DNA of 64,000 bases from Candidatus Multivoradales bacterium (GCA_965248925.1 CBDFLE010000005.1:416001-480000), one strand, 5' to 3'. Positions 30,221 to 40,696 are shown, numbered from the stretch's first letter. Translations and numbers: made by a program. Notes: generated by a model not told the origin, from the letters alone.

Positions 30221-31524
30221 AGAAGAGTCAGAAGCGAATGTCCTCAGTGCTCACCGGCGCGGTGATTTCAGCCGCCTTTCTCGGTCCCGGCACGGTCACC
30301 ACCGCCGCCCGCGCCGGTGCCGCTCACGGCTTGAGCTTGCTCTGGGCGCTGGCCTTCTCGACCGCCGCCTGTTTGATTCTGCAAGAGGCTAGCGCGCGCA
30401 TGACGTTGCGCTCGGGCTTACCTCTTGGCAAGGCCCTTCGGCAGCGATTCGAGCAGGGCGCCGGCTCGACGTTGGTGCTGATCGTCGTCCTGGGAGCGGT
30501 AGTTTTGGGCTGTGCCGCCTACGAGGCAGGCAATATTCTCGGCGGTGTTGCCGGCGCCGGACTTGCCGTGGGATGGAGTCGCGCCAGCCTGACTCTGCTC
30601 TGTGGCGCAGGCGCGGGTTTGTTGTTGTGGCTAGGCAGCCTGCGGGTGGTGACCGCTGTGTTGGCTGCCCTAGTGGCAGTAATGGGCGCTGTCTTCATGC
30701 TCACCGCGGTGCTGTTGCGACCTGCCGTGGGCGAATTACTCGCTGGTCTCGTGCGACCGGTGCTGCCGAGTGGCTCTGGTCTGTTGGTCCTGGCTTTGAT
30801 CGGCACTACGGTGGTGCCTTACAACCTCTTCTTGGGTTCTGGCTTGGCGCGAGGCCAGGACTTGCGAGCTACTCGTTGGGGCCTGGTTGTGGCGATTGTT
30901 CTCGGCGGTTTGATCTCCATGGCGGTAGTGGTGGTCGGCACCGCGGTGGGCGATACATTCAGCTACCGAGCCCTGGCGGAAGTGCTGAGCGAGCGGCTTG
31001 GAGATTGGGCTCGCGGGCTTTTCGCGGCGGGGTTGTTCGCGGCAGGATTCAGCTCCGCGGTGACCGCGCCGCTGGCGGCGGCGATGACCGCGCGCAGCAT
31101 CTTCGAGTGTCAGGGAGGGCCGGCTTGGGGTCCGCGTTCAGCCCGCTATCGCGGGGTGTGGCTGGGAGTGTTGCTGACCGGGGTGGGTTTCGGCCTGAGC
31201 GGTGTGCGGCCAGTGCCGGCGATTGTGCTGGCGCAGGCGCTCAATGGTTTGTTACTGCCGTTGGTGGCGGTCTTCCTCCTGCTGGCGATCAACGACCGCC
31301 GAAGGATGGGGGAGGCGATCAACGGTCGCTGGGCCAATCTGTTGACCGCGGGGGTGGTGTGGATCACCTTGGTGCTCGGGTTCCGTGGTCTGGCGGGTGC
31401 GGCGAGCACGAGTTTTGGCTTGCAGGTTGCCGATCGCCACTTGCTGTTGGCCGGGGGCATCACTGCCCTGCTGCTGGCTTGGCCGGTGGCGCGAGCGCTA
31501 GTCGCCGGGCGCCGCAGTACTTAG
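30217..31524 (+). CDS. NRAMP-family permease (YcsG-like), possibly a 5-oxoproline transporter
   Basis: 'AAFLGPGTVTT', 'LQEASAR', 'GTTVVPYNLF'; ATGA overlap with the oxoprolinase subunit. Confidence 0.85.
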   Translation: MKKSQKRMSSVLTGAVISAAFLGPGTVTTAARAGAAHGLSLLWALAFSTAACLILQEASARMTLRSGLPLGKALRQRFEQGAGSTLVLIVVLGAVVLGCAAYEAGNILGGVAGAGLAVGWSRASLTLLCGAGAGLLLWLGSLRVVTAVLAALVAVMGAVFMLTAVLLRPAVGELLAGLVRPVLPSGSGLLVLALIGTTVVPYNLFLGSGLARGQDLRATRWGLVVAIVLGGLISMAVVVVGTAVGDTFSYRALAEVLSERLGDWARGLFAAGLFAAGFSSAVTAPLAAAMTARSIFECQGGPAWGPRSARYRGVWLGVLLTGVGFGLSGVRPVPAIVLAQALNGLLLPLVAVFLLLAINDRRRMGEAINGRWANLLTAGVVWITLVLGFRGLAGAASTSFGLQVADRHLLLAGGITALLLAWPVARALVAGRRST

Positions 31525-32006
31525 GGACGACTCTGACGCTGAACCTCGTAGACCGCCAGCGCGGCCGCGGTGGAGAGGTTGAGCGAGCGCACCGGTCCGC
31601 CGAGCATGGGGATGGCGATCAGCCGCTCTTGGTACTGCTGCCGCAATGCCGCGGAGAGACCGCGGCTTTCACTGCCGAAAATCAGCACGCTATTCGCAGG
31701 GTAGGTCGGTTGCCAATAGTCCCGTTGGCCTTCGCCACTGAAAAAGTACGGTCTGCCGAGCTGCTGCAGGGTGCTTTCGAACTCTGCCCATCCGGACCAG
31801 ATTTTAGGTTGGACGTGTTGCCAGTAATCGAGACCGGCGCGGCGTAGGCGATGTTCCGCCAGCGAGAAACCCAGCGGCCGGATCAAGTGCAATTGGGCGC
31901 CTACCGCCAGGCACGTACGGCCGATGTTGCCGCTGTTCCAGGGAATCTCTGGCTCGACGAGCACGATGTGCAGCGAGTCGTTCTGGGGAATAGGGGAATT
32001 GGCCAT
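31521..32006 (-). CDS. trmL: tRNA (cytidine/uridine(34)-2'-O)-methyltransferase
   Basis: 'IVLVEPEIPWNSGNIGRTC', 'RRAGLDYW', 'FGSESRGL', 'RSLNLS'; start placed at ATG 32006 (32021 possible). Confidence 0.92.
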   Translation of the reverse strand: MANSPIPQNDSLHIVLVEPEIPWNSGNIGRTCLAVGAQLHLIRPLGFSLAEHRLRRAGLDYWQHVQPKIWSGWAEFESTLQQLGRPYFFSGEGQRDYWQPTYPANSVLIFGSESRGLSAALRQQYQERLIAIPMLGGPVRSLNLSTAAALAVYEVQRQSRP

Positions 32007-32120
32007 TTTGAGTTGTAGCATATCCGGCGGCAGCTTAACCTGGGGCCTCGATTGACCTGGCAAGAAGGGGCGCGTAGCATCTGACGGCCGGGGACGTTTC
32101 TCTCTCGGCCGGCAAAACCC

Positions 32121-34601
32121 ATGAAGCGAAAGAACGCCCTCCTCGAAACCCTGCATCTGGTGATGCTGGGCGGCTTCGCCCTCGCGCAGCCGCTGTACCA
32201 GGTGTTGAGCGACAGCCCAGCTTTCTTTGTCGTCCGCCGATCGCAGGCGCTGGACTTGTGGCTGCTGGTCATCGTTTTATCGCTAGCGATTCCGGGCGCG
32301 GTGGCGGTGTTACCAAGAATCGTTGGCTGGGTCAGCCAACGGGCCGAGAAAGGGGCTTACGGACTGGTAATGGCGAGTTGGCTGGTGTTGACGACGCTGC
32401 CGATCCTGAAACGGCACAGTCAATTCGGCGACGGCGCCCTACTGGCCAGTGCGGTGGCCATCGCCCTGGTTCTCACCGCCCTCTACAGTTGGCAACAAGC
32501 GATACGCACCTTCGCTTCATTCCTGCTACCCGCGGCGCTGATTTTCCCCCTCTTGTTCTTGCTCGACCCGGCGATTCGCCGAGTCTTATCGCCACCGCAG
32601 CCGCGAGCGGTGGAGGAAGTCTTCGTCGCACGATCGACGCCGGTCTTCTTGTTGGTGTTCGATGCCCTGCCGACTACTTCACTGATGGATGCCGAGGGCA
32701 ACATCGATCCACTGCGTTACCCAGCTCTCGCGCGCTTGGCCGAGCAAGGTTCTTGGTACCGCCGAGCGGTGGCGGCGAGCGACTACACCGCCTATGCCGT
32801 GCCGTCGATCCTCACTGGTAGCTACACCGATCGCAGTCGCCTGCCATCTTTAATCGACTATCCGGACAACTTGTTTACTCTGGTCGGCAGCAGTTACCGT
32901 GTACGTGCTTGGGAGCCGGTCACCCAGCTGTGTCCGTCCTCGGTGTGCGGCGGTGGGGCTCTCACCCTGGGAGACCGCTTGGTGTCCCTGGGACGCGATC
33001 TGTCGGTGGTCTACCGACATCAGGTGATACCCCCTGGAATGGCACGCGAGCTGCCGCCGATCGCGCAGCGGTGGAAGGATTTCGCCGCCGATGCGGAGCA
33101 GGCTGGGCCCCAGCGACAGCAGCAGAAATTGGCCGATTTCGCCAGTTTTCTGGCCTCGATTGATGCCCAGCAACCGCGAAGTCTCTACTTTCTCCATTTG
33201 GTGCTACCGCACGCGCCGTTCCAGTTCTTGCCCGAGGGCCAGCTCTATGTCGAGCATCAGGAGCAGCCGACCATCGAATGGCCACTTGACCCCTGGCCTT
33301 CGGCCTTGGCCTACCAGCGGCATTTGCTGCAACTCGGCTTTGTCGATCAGCTAGTCGGTCGGCTACTCAGTCACCTCGACCGCTTGGGGCTTTACGACTC
33401 AGCGCTGATCGCGGTGACCGCTGACCATGGGGTGAGTTTCCGACCCGGTGAGAAGCGTCGCCGGTTGACCGCCGGCAACCAGACCGACGTTTTACCGGTG
33501 CCGTTGATCGTCAAGCGGCCGGGCCAGCGATCGGGAGGAATCGACGACCGTCGTGCCTCGGTGATTGACCTGCTGCCGACCGTGGCAGATGAGCTAGGTA
33601 TCGATCTTCCTTGGTCGGTCGATGGCCGTTCGCTGCGTGGCGCGGACGATCCACAGCGACCCCTGTTCAGCTTGGCCGAGGAGCTGGAGGAGATTCCAGC
33701 CGTGGTGCTGGCGGGCTCGCTGACCACCCTCGGACGCAAGCTCTCCCTCTTTGGTGACGGCCGCCAGGCAGTGTTCCCTCAACCCCGGTTGGCTAGCCAT
33801 TTGATCGGCAAGGCGGCCCGTCGGCGAGTGCTCGTTGAGGCAGGTGAAGCGCAAGTGTTGGCGGCGGTCGAGCAGGCCGAATTGTACGACCAAGTTGAGC
33901 CCAGCGCCGCCTTTGTGCCGGCGTTGATCGGTGGCTGGGCGAGATTGCCCCCTGAGTCTCCCCCGGTTACCTTGGCGGTTGCCGTGGGCGGGGTGGTGCG
34001 GGCGGTGACCCGGACCACCGCTCGCCAAGGCAGTGGCGGTTTGGCCAGTTGGCAGGCGGTGGTCGAACCGAACTCCTTCCGAAGCGGTCACAATCGTATC
34101 GATCTCTATCTGCTGAGCGACGACAACCGGCACCTGATACCGATTTCAGCGGGCGCCGGCGAAAACCCCTTCGTCGGCGTGCGGCTGGGCATCGAGCCTT
34201 TTGCCGAGATTGATCAGCAGGGCTTCCACAAGATTGAAGAAATCGCCGGCCTACCGGTGCGCTGGACCCGCGGCCGAGCAGTGTTGCGGATACCACTGAG
34301 TGGTGAGCGCAAACCAGCGCGGATGCAGATCGATCTGCTGCAAGTGGCGCCGGCTGGTAGTGCTGTCGAGATCCTGGTTGAAGGCAAGAGTCTATTCTCA
34401 GGTCACGTCGAGAAAGGACCCTGGAGCCGGACTTTCGACCTCCCTCGCTTGCGCCACCAGCAGATGGCTATCCAGTTTCGCAGTGACACCTTCGTGCCGC
34501 GCGAAGCTCTCGACGACAATCAGGACCCACGCACCTTGGGCGTGGCGTTGGCCGGAGTTTGGTTGTTGGGGGACAGTGAGGAGGAGGCGGGAACGGACTG
34601 A
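32121..34601 (+). CDS. Membrane-anchored sulfatase-like hydrolase/transferase
   Basis: ~5 N-terminal TMs; 'LLVFDALP', 'HLVLPHAPF', 'VTADHG', 'VPLIVK' alkaline-phosphatase-superfamily motifs. Confidence 0.82.
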   Translation: MKRKNALLETLHLVMLGGFALAQPLYQVLSDSPAFFVVRRSQALDLWLLVIVLSLAIPGAVAVLPRIVGWVSQRAEKGAYGLVMASWLVLTTLPILKRHSQFGDGALLASAVAIALVLTALYSWQQAIRTFASFLLPAALIFPLLFLLDPAIRRVLSPPQPRAVEEVFVARSTPVFLLVFDALPTTSLMDAEGNIDPLRYPALARLAEQGSWYRRAVAASDYTAYAVPSILTGSYTDRSRLPSLIDYPDNLFTLVGSSYRVRAWEPVTQLCPSSVCGGGALTLGDRLVSLGRDLSVVYRHQVIPPGMARELPPIAQRWKDFAADAEQAGPQRQQQKLADFASFLASIDAQQPRSLYFLHLVLPHAPFQFLPEGQLYVEHQEQPTIEWPLDPWPSALAYQRHLLQLGFVDQLVGRLLSHLDRLGLYDSALIAVTADHGVSFRPGEKRRRLTAGNQTDVLPVPLIVKRPGQRSGGIDDRRASVIDLLPTVADELGIDLPWSVDGRSLRGADDPQRPLFSLAEELEEIPAVVLAGSLTTLGRKLSLFGDGRQAVFPQPRLASHLIGKAARRRVLVEAGEAQVLAAVEQAELYDQVEPSAAFVPALIGGWARLPPESPPVTLAVAVGGVVRAVTRTTARQGSGGLASWQAVVEPNSFRSGHNRIDLYLLSDDNRHLIPISAGAGENPFVGVRLGIEPFAEIDQQGFHKIEEIAGLPVRWTRGRAVLRIPLSGERKPARMQIDLLQVAPAGSAVEILVEGKSLFSGHVEKGPWSRTFDLPRLRHQQMAIQFRSDTFVPREALDDNQDPRTLGVALAGVWLLGDSEEEAGTD

Positions 34602-34604
34602 GGG

Positions 34605-35192
34605 CTAGACAGCGGGTGGGCTAGCGGCGAGTGCGGTGGCCGTGTGGATCAGGGTTTGGAGGAGCGTGTCGAGGCGCGCTGCCAGTTTCACATCGGTCAA
34701 TGTCCCGTCTTCGGCGAAGGCTTGGAAGGCACTGCCTACCGCCAGGTCCCCTGGTACCACCAAGGCGCCGATGCCGCAGAGGATCGCCCGCACATGGACC
34801 AGCCCACGGAGGCCGCCAAGGGCGCCTGGCGAGGTGCTCAGCAAGGCAGCTACTTTGCCGCGCGTGGCGCTGCCCCCGGCCACCCCTGCAGCGGGTCGGG
34901 AGGTCCAATCGATAACGTTCTTGAGCAGCGGGGTGATCGAGCCGTTGTATTCCGGGCAGGAGATCAGCAAGGCGTCGTGGTCGAGCATCAGCTGCTGCAG
35001 TTGCAGCGCCTTCTCCGGCAGGCCGCCGGCATCTTCCTCATCGCCATTGTAGAGCGGCATGGGGTAGTCGGCGAGGTCCACCAAGGTGACTTTCGCACCG
35101 AGTTGAGCGGCCCGGCTCGCTGCCACCGAGGCCAATTTATTGTTCTGTGAATCACGCCGCGCGCTGCCGGCAAAGGCCAGTATCTTGATCAT
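34605..35192 (-). CDS. NAD(P)H-dependent FMN reductase
   Basis: 'ILAFAGSARRDSQN', 'PEYNGSITPLLKNVIDWTSR', 'SPGALGG'; start set at 'MIKILAF'. Confidence 0.9.
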   Translation of the reverse strand: MIKILAFAGSARRDSQNNKLASVAASRAAQLGAKVTLVDLADYPMPLYNGDEEDAGGLPEKALQLQQLMLDHDALLISCPEYNGSITPLLKNVIDWTSRPAAGVAGGSATRGKVAALLSTSPGALGGLRGLVHVRAILCGIGALVVPGDLAVGSAFQAFAEDGTLTDVKLAARLDTLLQTLIHTATALAASPPAV

Positions 35193-35289
35193 GGTTAGTG
35201 AATCTCCGAGGCATCGGCTTGCTCCGCGGCCAGCCGTTGTAAGTATTTCTTTTTGCCACGTTGGACGTAGATCAGTGCGCGAACCGGCC

Positions 35290-35928
35290 TCATTGCAGAC
35301 GGATCTCGACTTTGCCACTGGCCATGTCGATCTCGATGTCAGCTTCTCCCGGCCCCTGCCATTTGAGCGACTCGGGGAAGCCGGTACCTTTGATCTCTCC
35401 GCCGCCGACCATCAGCCGCGCTTTACCGACCGTGATCTTGACGTTGACCTTGCCAACGCTGGCCTGGTCATAAAGCACCTCGACACTACCGCCGGCCGCA
35501 TCGAGTTCCAAATCGTTGCTCAGGCCGCTCACTGAAACATCTCCCGCCCGCAGATCGATCTCGACCGGCAAGTGGCGGGGTAGACGCACCACCATGCTGG
35601 CGCCGACGCCGCGGAGAAAAGCGCGGGTCGTCTTCTTCACTCCGAGTTTAAAACGTTTGCGGCTGACCCGAGGTGCCAGCTCTACCCGATCGGCGCGGTT
35701 TTGGCATTTCCTGTCGCCAGCTTGGCAAGTAATCGATAAGACGATCTCGATATTGGGTCCATCGCTGCCTTCGATTCGCAAGTCGCCAAGGGCCAGAGAA
35801 ATGCTGACTCTCTGCGCTTCTCCAGGAAAAAACTTCTGCTCCAGCACCCGCCCGGCAGACTGGGCAAGGGCCGTTGGAGCGAGCGCCAGCAGGATAGCCA
35901 AACAACAAGAGAGAGATCGAGTGCTCAT
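35290..35928 (-). CDS. Exported hypothetical protein with DUF4097-like beta-strand repeats
   Basis: Signal peptide; repeated 'GDLRI/GDVSV/GSVEV/GKVEI' strands. Confidence 0.6.
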   Translation of the reverse strand: MSTRSLSCCLAILLALAPTALAQSAGRVLEQKFFPGEAQRVSISLALGDLRIEGSDGPNIEIVLSITCQAGDRKCQNRADRVELAPRVSRKRFKLGVKKTTRAFLRGVGASMVVRLPRHLPVEIDLRAGDVSVSGLSNDLELDAAGGSVEVLYDQASVGKVNVKITVGKARLMVGGGEIKGTGFPESLKWQGPGEADIEIDMASGKVEIRLQ

Positions 35929-35971
35929 CGGCTATTTACCCTTTCGCCATCTTCGCGGTTGCGCCAGAACG

Positions 35972-37060
35972 CTAGCGGACCCGCTGACGGCGGTTGCGGA
36001 TGTAGTCGGCGAGAATAAACTCACCGAGATTGTTGGGCGAAGCAAAGTAGGCTCGCCCGCGATTGGTTTGGGTCAGCTGCTCGACGAAATCGGTCAACAG
36101 GGGATCGCTAGCGATCATGAAGGTGGTAATCACCACTCGCTGGCGGCGGCATATGTCGGCTTCCTCCAGGGTGCGGTTGACGATCTTCAAATCGAGCCCG
36201 AAAGGGTTTTTGTAGATCTGGTCGCCTTCGGTGATCGCTGAAGGCTTGCCGTCGGTAATCAGAAAGATCTGCTTGTTGGGTTGCTTTTGCCGCCGCAGTA
36301 GTTGGCGCGCGAGCTGGAGGGCCTCGCGGGTGTTGGTGTGGTACGGCCCGGCTTCAATGAAGGGAATCTCGCCCAGCTCAACCCGCTCTGCGCGGTCGCC
36401 GAAGAGGATCACCCCGAGGTGGTCTTTGGGGTACTTGGAAGTAATCAACTCGGTCAGCGCCAGAGCGACTTTCTTGGCCGGGGTAATACGGTCTTCGCCA
36501 TAGAGAATCATCGAGTGGCTGATGTCGATAGCGACGATGGTGGCGCAAGAGGTCAGGTGCTCGCTCTCGTGGACCACCAGATCTTCTTCACGGAGTTCCA
36601 GCCCGCCCTGGGTGCGGCGCAAGGCATTGTGCAGCGAGCCAGGTACATCGATGCGGTGCAGGTCGTCGCCGAACCGGTAGCGCCGGGTTTCCGGCAAGCG
36701 TTCGACCCCCTCGCCGGCGGCGTGCACCCGGTGATAGCCAGGACCACCTTTCCGCAAGCTGCTGAAGATCTCCTCGAAGGCGCTGCGACGAATGCGCCGC
36801 TCGCCAGTTGGAGTGAGCTGCAGGTTGCCGTCTTGCCCGCGGCCGATGGTGCGCTGTTCTTCGAGGGCAGCGAAGAAAGACTCCAAATCGATGTCGGGTG
36901 ATAGGTATCCTTGATTCTGCAGCTGACGCATCCACTCCATGGCTTGCTCGGCATCGCCACCACCAGCTAGCAAGAGCTGCTGAAAGAGGCGTTCCAGATC
37001 CATCGCCGCGAGAATGCCGCGAATCAGTTCAGGATCGAGATAACGATAACGGTGGCGCAT
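35972..37060 (-). CDS. VWA-domain protein, partner of the AAA+ ATPase
   Basis: MIDAS 'DISHSM', 'YHTNT', 'ITDGKPSA'; start set at 'MRHRY'. Confidence 0.88.
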   Translation of the reverse strand: MRHRYRYLDPELIRGILAAMDLERLFQQLLLAGGGDAEQAMEWMRQLQNQGYLSPDIDLESFFAALEEQRTIGRGQDGNLQLTPTGERRIRRSAFEEIFSSLRKGGPGYHRVHAAGEGVERLPETRRYRFGDDLHRIDVPGSLHNALRRTQGGLELREEDLVVHESEHLTSCATIVAIDISHSMILYGEDRITPAKKVALALTELITSKYPKDHLGVILFGDRAERVELGEIPFIEAGPYHTNTREALQLARQLLRRQKQPNKQIFLITDGKPSAITEGDQIYKNPFGLDLKIVNRTLEEADICRRQRVVITTFMIASDPLLTDFVEQLTQTNRGRAYFASPNNLGEFILADYIRNRRQRVR

Positions 37061-37097
37061 GGGATAAAAGTCGGTCGCTAAGTTGGGCCGTATCAGC

Positions 37098-38630
37098 TCA
37101 GTTGACATCCCGGTCGCGGCGTTGGCGGCGCGACTTGAGCAGCTGGAATTTGACCATCTCTTTGTAGTGAATCTGGCTGTCGAGATCCTCGCGGGCCAGT
37201 TTTAGGTGCTGGTGCAGACCTTCGAGCACCAGCTCGGCGAGCCAAGCCTCGGATTCGGGAGCTCGATCGACGACGTTCCGCCGCACCAAATCGAAGAGTC
37301 CCGGCACTCGCTCGAGTTCACTGCGATAATCGGCGAAGGGCTGCTCGTCGGTCAAGGTGACGACATTGCCGGCGGCGAACCAGCCGATGATAGAGGCGTA
37401 AGGGCCGACATTGTCGCTACCAGGGTCTGGCTTTTCGCTGCGCTGAGCCGCATCGGCTTCGCGGCCAACTTCAGAACCGACTTCTGGAAACTCCTTCTCG
37501 AATGCCTTCTTGACCGCTTCGCCGACCAGCTTTTTGGCCACCACCTCGGTGCCTTGCTGTTCCCCCTCGTAGACCATCTCGACTTTGCCGGTGATTGCCG
37601 GAAGCAGCATGTGCAGATCGCAGATTCGCGGATGTACGGCGTTGTCGCCGGTGATCAACGCTCGGCGTTCGAGATTGGAACAGAGCAGTTCGAGGGCCGA
37701 GATTGCCAGCCGCGCGCTAACCCCGGAGGTTTGGTCTATTAGCTCGCTATGGCGCGCGGCGATTGAAATTTCTTCGATCAGCAGCCGTACCGTTGCGGGG
37801 ATCACCACTGCTTCGCTGCCTCTCTCCAACCACGCCTCCTGGCCGCTGACCTGAGCCGCGATCATCGCGTCGGCGGGGTAGTGGGTAAGAATCTGCGACG
37901 AGATGCGGTCCTTGAGCGGGGTGATGATCGAGCCCCGGTTGGTGTAATCCTCGGGATTGGCCGAAAAGACCAGCAACATGTCGAGCGGTAGGCGCACTGG
38001 GAAACCACGAATCTGCAGGTCCCGTTCTTCGAGAATATTCAGCAGGCCGACTTGGATTCGTGGCGCCAGGTCGGGCAGCTCGTTGATGGCGAAGATGCCT
38101 CGGTTGGTGCGCGGCACGATGCCGAAGTGGATCACCTCGGGATCGGCGTAAGTCAGCCGGCGGGTGGCTGCCTTGATGGGGTCGATATCACCTAGAAGAT
38201 CGGAAATGGTCACGTCCGGGGTGGCCAACTTTTCGTGATAACGCAGCTCGCGGGGGAGCCAGTCGATGAGTGCCTGGTCGCCGGCTTCAGCGATCGAGCG
38301 TTGGCCCGGGACCGAAATCGGGTCGAATGGATCGTCGTTCAGCTCACTGTCGGCGAGCACCGGCAGGTAGTCGTCGAGCAGGCCGGTGAGCTGGCGTAGC
38401 AAGCGGGTCTTGGCCTGGCCGCGGAGGCCGAGCAAGATGAAGTCGTGGCCCGCCAGCAGCGCATTGACAATGCCGGGAATCACCGTCCGGTCGTAGCCCA
38501 AGACGCCGGGGAAGAGGGTCTCGCCCTGGCGTAGCTTATGTTGCAGGTTGCGCCGCATCTCGTCGCGAATCGAGCAGCTTCGCCAGCCGCTGGCCCGCAG
38601 CTCGCCAACCGTCTTGGGGCGCTGGCTCAC
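37098..38630 (-). CDS. AAA+ ATPase (magnesium-chelatase/MoxR-like)
   Basis: 'GLRGQAKTR' Walker A, 'AINELPDL', 'SANPEDYTNRG'. Confidence 0.88.
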   Translation of the reverse strand: MSQRPKTVGELRASGWRSCSIRDEMRRNLQHKLRQGETLFPGVLGYDRTVIPGIVNALLAGHDFILLGLRGQAKTRLLRQLTGLLDDYLPVLADSELNDDPFDPISVPGQRSIAEAGDQALIDWLPRELRYHEKLATPDVTISDLLGDIDPIKAATRRLTYADPEVIHFGIVPRTNRGIFAINELPDLAPRIQVGLLNILEERDLQIRGFPVRLPLDMLLVFSANPEDYTNRGSIITPLKDRISSQILTHYPADAMIAAQVSGQEAWLERGSEAVVIPATVRLLIEEISIAARHSELIDQTSGVSARLAISALELLCSNLERRALITGDNAVHPRICDLHMLLPAITGKVEMVYEGEQQGTEVVAKKLVGEAVKKAFEKEFPEVGSEVGREADAAQRSEKPDPGSDNVGPYASIIGWFAAGNVVTLTDEQPFADYRSELERVPGLFDLVRRNVVDRAPESEAWLAELVLEGLHQHLKLAREDLDSQIHYKEMVKFQLLKSRRQRRDRDVN

Positions 38631-39580
38631 TCCTGGCCCTCCAGCCAGCGCTCGGCGTCGATCGCCGCCGTACAGCCGCTACCGGCGGCGGTGATCGCTT
38701 GACGGTAGTTGGGGTCCATCACGTCGCCGGCGGCGAACACTCCGGCGACATTGGTGTCGGTGCTGGGTGAGCGCACCTTCAGGTAGCCGACTTCATCCAT
38801 CTCGAGCTGGCCCTTGAAGACCTGAGTGTTGGGACGGTGGCCAATGGCCAGGAACATCCCCTGGGTGGCGAACTCGCTTTCTTCGCCATTCACGGTGTGG
38901 CGCAGCTTGACCGCATGCACGCCGTTCTCGCGGCTGCCCAAAACCTTGGTGACCTGTTGATTCCACAGGAATTCGATCTTGTCGTTGGCGAGAGCACGGT
39001 CGATCATGATCTTAGATGCCCGCAGCTCGTCGCGGCGATGGATCACCGTCACTTTGGAGCAGAAGCGGGTGAGGAAAGTGGCCTCCTCCATGGCGCTGTC
39101 GCCACCGCCAACCACCACGATCTCTTTGTCTTTGAAGAAAAAGCCATCGCAGGTGGCGCATGCCGAGACGCCGTAGCCCATCAAATGCTCCTCCGACTCC
39201 AGCCCCAGCAGGCTGGCGGTGGCGCCGGTGGAGATCACCAGAGCATCGGCGGTGTAGCTGTGCTCCTCGGTTTGGGCACTGAAAGGGCGTTGGGAGAGAT
39301 CGATCTTGGTGACTTCTTCGAACGAAACCGTGGCGCCGAAGTTCTTCGCCTGATCGCGCATCTTGTCGACCAGCTCGGGGCCGAGAATGCCGCCGGGAAA
39401 GCCGGGGTAGTTCTCGACATCGGTGGTGATGGTCAGCTGGCCACCTGGCTGCATTCCTTCGATCACATGCGGCTGCAAGTTGGCGCGAGCGGCGTAGAGG
39501 GCAGCCGTGAGGCCGGCAGGACCGCTGCCGATGATCAAGAGCTGGTGGTGAATAGGCTTAGATTTCTGAGTATCGGACAT
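38627..39580 (-). CDS. trxB: Thioredoxin-disulfide reductase
   Basis: 'IIGSGPAG', 'CATCDG', 'GGGDSAMEEA', 'YRQAITAAG'; start may be 39580 or 39628. Confidence 0.97.
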   Translation of the reverse strand: MSDTQKSKPIHHQLLIIGSGPAGLTAALYAARANLQPHVIEGMQPGGQLTITTDVENYPGFPGGILGPELVDKMRDQAKNFGATVSFEEVTKIDLSQRPFSAQTEEHSYTADALVISTGATASLLGLESEEHLMGYGVSACATCDGFFFKDKEIVVVGGGDSAMEEATFLTRFCSKVTVIHRRDELRASKIMIDRALANDKIEFLWNQQVTKVLGSRENGVHAVKLRHTVNGEESEFATQGMFLAIGHRPNTQVFKGQLEMDEVGYLKVRSPSTDTNVAGVFAAGDVMDPNYRQAITAAGSGCTAAIDAERWLEGQE

Positions 39581-39727
39581 TGGGGCGTCGAGCTCCCTGA
39601 GTTTCGTTCGCGTTTGCGAGGTGGACATTCTGCCTTACCCTGATCGTCTAGCGGCCAGCGGTGGGCAAGTGGGTAAGCACCGCTGAGTATAGCCGACCGG
39701 TCGCCTACTTCTGTCTCGGCCTAACCG

Positions 39728-40639
39728 TTGCAGAGCGGTTATCATTCCCGCATGGGTAGCTTTGATGATCAACCTAGCCTTGGCGATAAGCACTTTGCTC
39801 AGCGGGCAACTCAACAGCGGCGGGCGCGCTGGTTGATTGGCGTGGCATTGTTGCTCGGTCTGGGTATTTTCGCAGGAGGCGGCATGTTCGAACAGATGAT
39901 GCTCTATCCGGCGCCGCGAGTCACGGTGCCGTCGCCGCCGCCCGGAGATCTGGTCGAGCGGCCGTTACAGCTGGCCGACGGCACGGAAATCTCAGCTTGG
40001 TGGTCGGCCCATCCGGCCCCTCGGGCGACGATTCTATTCCTCCACGGCAACGGCGAGAATCTGGAGTTGCTGCGTCGGGGTGGAGTGTTCGAAGAATTCC
40101 ACCAGCTCGGCGTGTCGGTCTTGGCGATCGACTATCCGAGCTACGGCCGCAGCGGTGGCAAACCGTCGCAAGACAGCCTGGTGGAGGCGACGGTGGTCGC
40201 TTTCGATCAACTAGCTATCTTGCAACCGGAAGTGCCGCGGCTGTTGGTGGGATGGTCGCTCGGGGCGGCGGTGGCGGTTCAAGCCGCGAGTCACCGGCCT
40301 GCCGACGCTCTGGTGATGATCAGTGCCTGGGACACTCTGCCGGAGCTTGCTCGGGGCCATTTCCCAGCTTGGATGTTGAAATTGGTGCTGCGCCATTCCT
40401 ACGACTCGCTAACTGCCGCTGCCGCCAGCGACTGTCCGGTGCTGCAACTCCACGGCAGCCACGACCGACTGATCCCGATCGAACACGGTCGGCGCTTGGA
40501 GACGGCCTTCGGTGATCGGGTGCGGTTCGTAGAGGTGGCGGCGGGCCACAACGAAATTCTTGGCCTGCGGCAGGTGTGGGATGAGTTGGGGAGCTTCCTC
40601 GGACAGCTTGTCGAGCGGCAGAAACCGGAGAGCCAATGA
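39728..40639 (+). CDS. Alpha/beta hydrolase (membrane-anchored)
   Basis: 'FLHGNGEN', 'GWSLG', 'HGSHDRLIP', 'GHNE'. Confidence 0.88.
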   Translation: MQSGYHSRMGSFDDQPSLGDKHFAQRATQQRRARWLIGVALLLGLGIFAGGGMFEQMMLYPAPRVTVPSPPPGDLVERPLQLADGTEISAWWSAHPAPRATILFLHGNGENLELLRRGGVFEEFHQLGVSVLAIDYPSYGRSGGKPSQDSLVEATVVAFDQLAILQPEVPRLLVGWSLGAAVAVQAASHRPADALVMISAWDTLPELARGHFPAWMLKLVLRHSYDSLTAAAASDCPVLQLHGSHDRLIPIEHGRRLETAFGDRVRFVEVAAGHNEILGLRQVWDELGSFLGQLVERQKPESQ

Positions 40640-40696
40640 GGTGTCGGGCGCCGCGACTTTTGGCTTGAATGGTACTGGAGGGTATACTCCCTAGTC

